A stretch of 63,867 nt of DNA, counting the filler, from Octopus bimaculoides (taxonomy: Eukaryota): assembly GCF_001194135.2 (NCBI RefSeq). It is 5 parts of 3 records of this genome, joined end to end, with 100 filler letters (N's around TTAATTAATTAA, not from the genome) between each part and the next. Parts side by side here need not be neighbours in the genome. Positions count along the whole stretch, not along the records: positions 60,312 to 63,867 come from NC_068983.1; 4 more parts are not named here. One strand, 5' to 3'. The notes beneath the pieces were generated by a model. The model searched no databases. It was given only the letters and a program-made list of their open reading frames with translations, and was not told where the DNA came from. Made by a program: the position numbers and the translations under genes. Positions 62,873 through 63,867 of this stretch are shown here, one piece after another; position 1 is the first letter of the stretch; every line of letters begins with the position of its first letter.

Positions 62873-63867
62873 GATGTGTGTCTGTGTTCATAGAGTCAAT
62901 ATATAACTCACCGACACCTCATCTTTTTTCACCTTCTTTCCTTCATTTACTCTTCACCAATAACATCATCGTTAGTATTTATTTTAATTGTTTTTATTCC
63001 TCTTTCTTATATATTGGTGGTGACCCCAATATCGTATAGGTAACAATCTCTATACCATTGTAAGACTATGCATATATCGATTCATTGATTGAATTCACAC
63101 TGTAAGTTTCATTACATATTCGTTGATTCAATATATTTATATTGTTTAAATTTCGAACATGCTGCCCCTTTAAATATTTTCTAATATTTTATTCATTTGA
63201 CTATTTTTACACTTTTTGTGTGTTCTTTTCTCTCTACCGACATTCTTCAGCATACTAATAAAGACTAATTAATCATCAGAATAATTAATCAAATAGCCAT
63301 TTCTACAAGAATTAGATTTGATTTTTAATAGGATTTAGATTTAATTAAATGAACTGCAAATTTTCATATTTTTCCTTCTATCCCTTATTAAATATGGCAG
63401 TTATTTTCATTAGAAGTGTACACGAACCTAAGAAGGTTGAGGAAATGGCAAATTATGATGAAGAAAATAAACAGCCATTTCATTGGTATTCACTCGTTGA
63501 CAAATCTTAACAAAATCGACATTGAATTCACACGTTCAAATTAGTTAGCCTATATAATTGAAGACTGGCGCTATTGTTAGATTACAGTTACTTCTTTGGA
63601 GAATAACAGAATTGAAGGAAGTAGTAGTTGCTTAATAGCTGTATAAAAACTTTGATTAGATGTTCAAGAAGATTCTTCCTCATCTATTCAATTTCCAAAG
63701 CACCTATCAATTTCTTTAACTAAAGCGATAGTAAAACATTCACAAATACTTCTTTTAGTAAAAGTTACTGAGATCATATGTACGTGTATATGTGTGTATG
63801 TATGTGTGTGTGTGTGAGTGTCTGTGTACATTTAAACATATACATGACTATATATATATATATATAT

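Noticed and set aside
63410-63700. LRR-like peptides (IGIHSLTNLNKIDI, SLENNRI)
   Set aside because: Interrupted by multiple stops and no regular LRR periodicity.

Overview
Eukaryotic, very AT-rich, microsatellite-saturated scaffold with many N gaps. The SINE families and repeat landscape look like an octopus genome (inference; no database search was possible). No intact protein-coding gene could be identified with confidence, and almost every long ORF in the supplied track is a simple-repeat or N-gap artefact. The window is mostly transposon debris: about 25 tRNA-derived SINE copies from 4 families; 3' fragments of R4/Dong-like, HERO-like, CR1-like and possibly RTE LINEs; Penelope-like (PLE) RT and GIY-YIG fragments; a Tigger MITE; a rearranged mariner; and a Helentron-associated-type element. 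The most interesting signal is a set of small type I hammerhead ribozyme (HHR) motifs with palindromic stem III, the PLE-associated kind that cleaves as a dimer. One sits downstream of a tRNA-derived head (about 30030-30217). One is fused to a PLE GIY-YIG fragment (3447-3521). One is a core variant (40041-40078). Several lie at the centre of long fold-back elements whose arms start at the 3' strand of HHR stem II. There is also a near-perfect 74-bp-arm hairpin (57377-57534) and a few unassigned, low-confidence exon-like or pseudogene-like segments.
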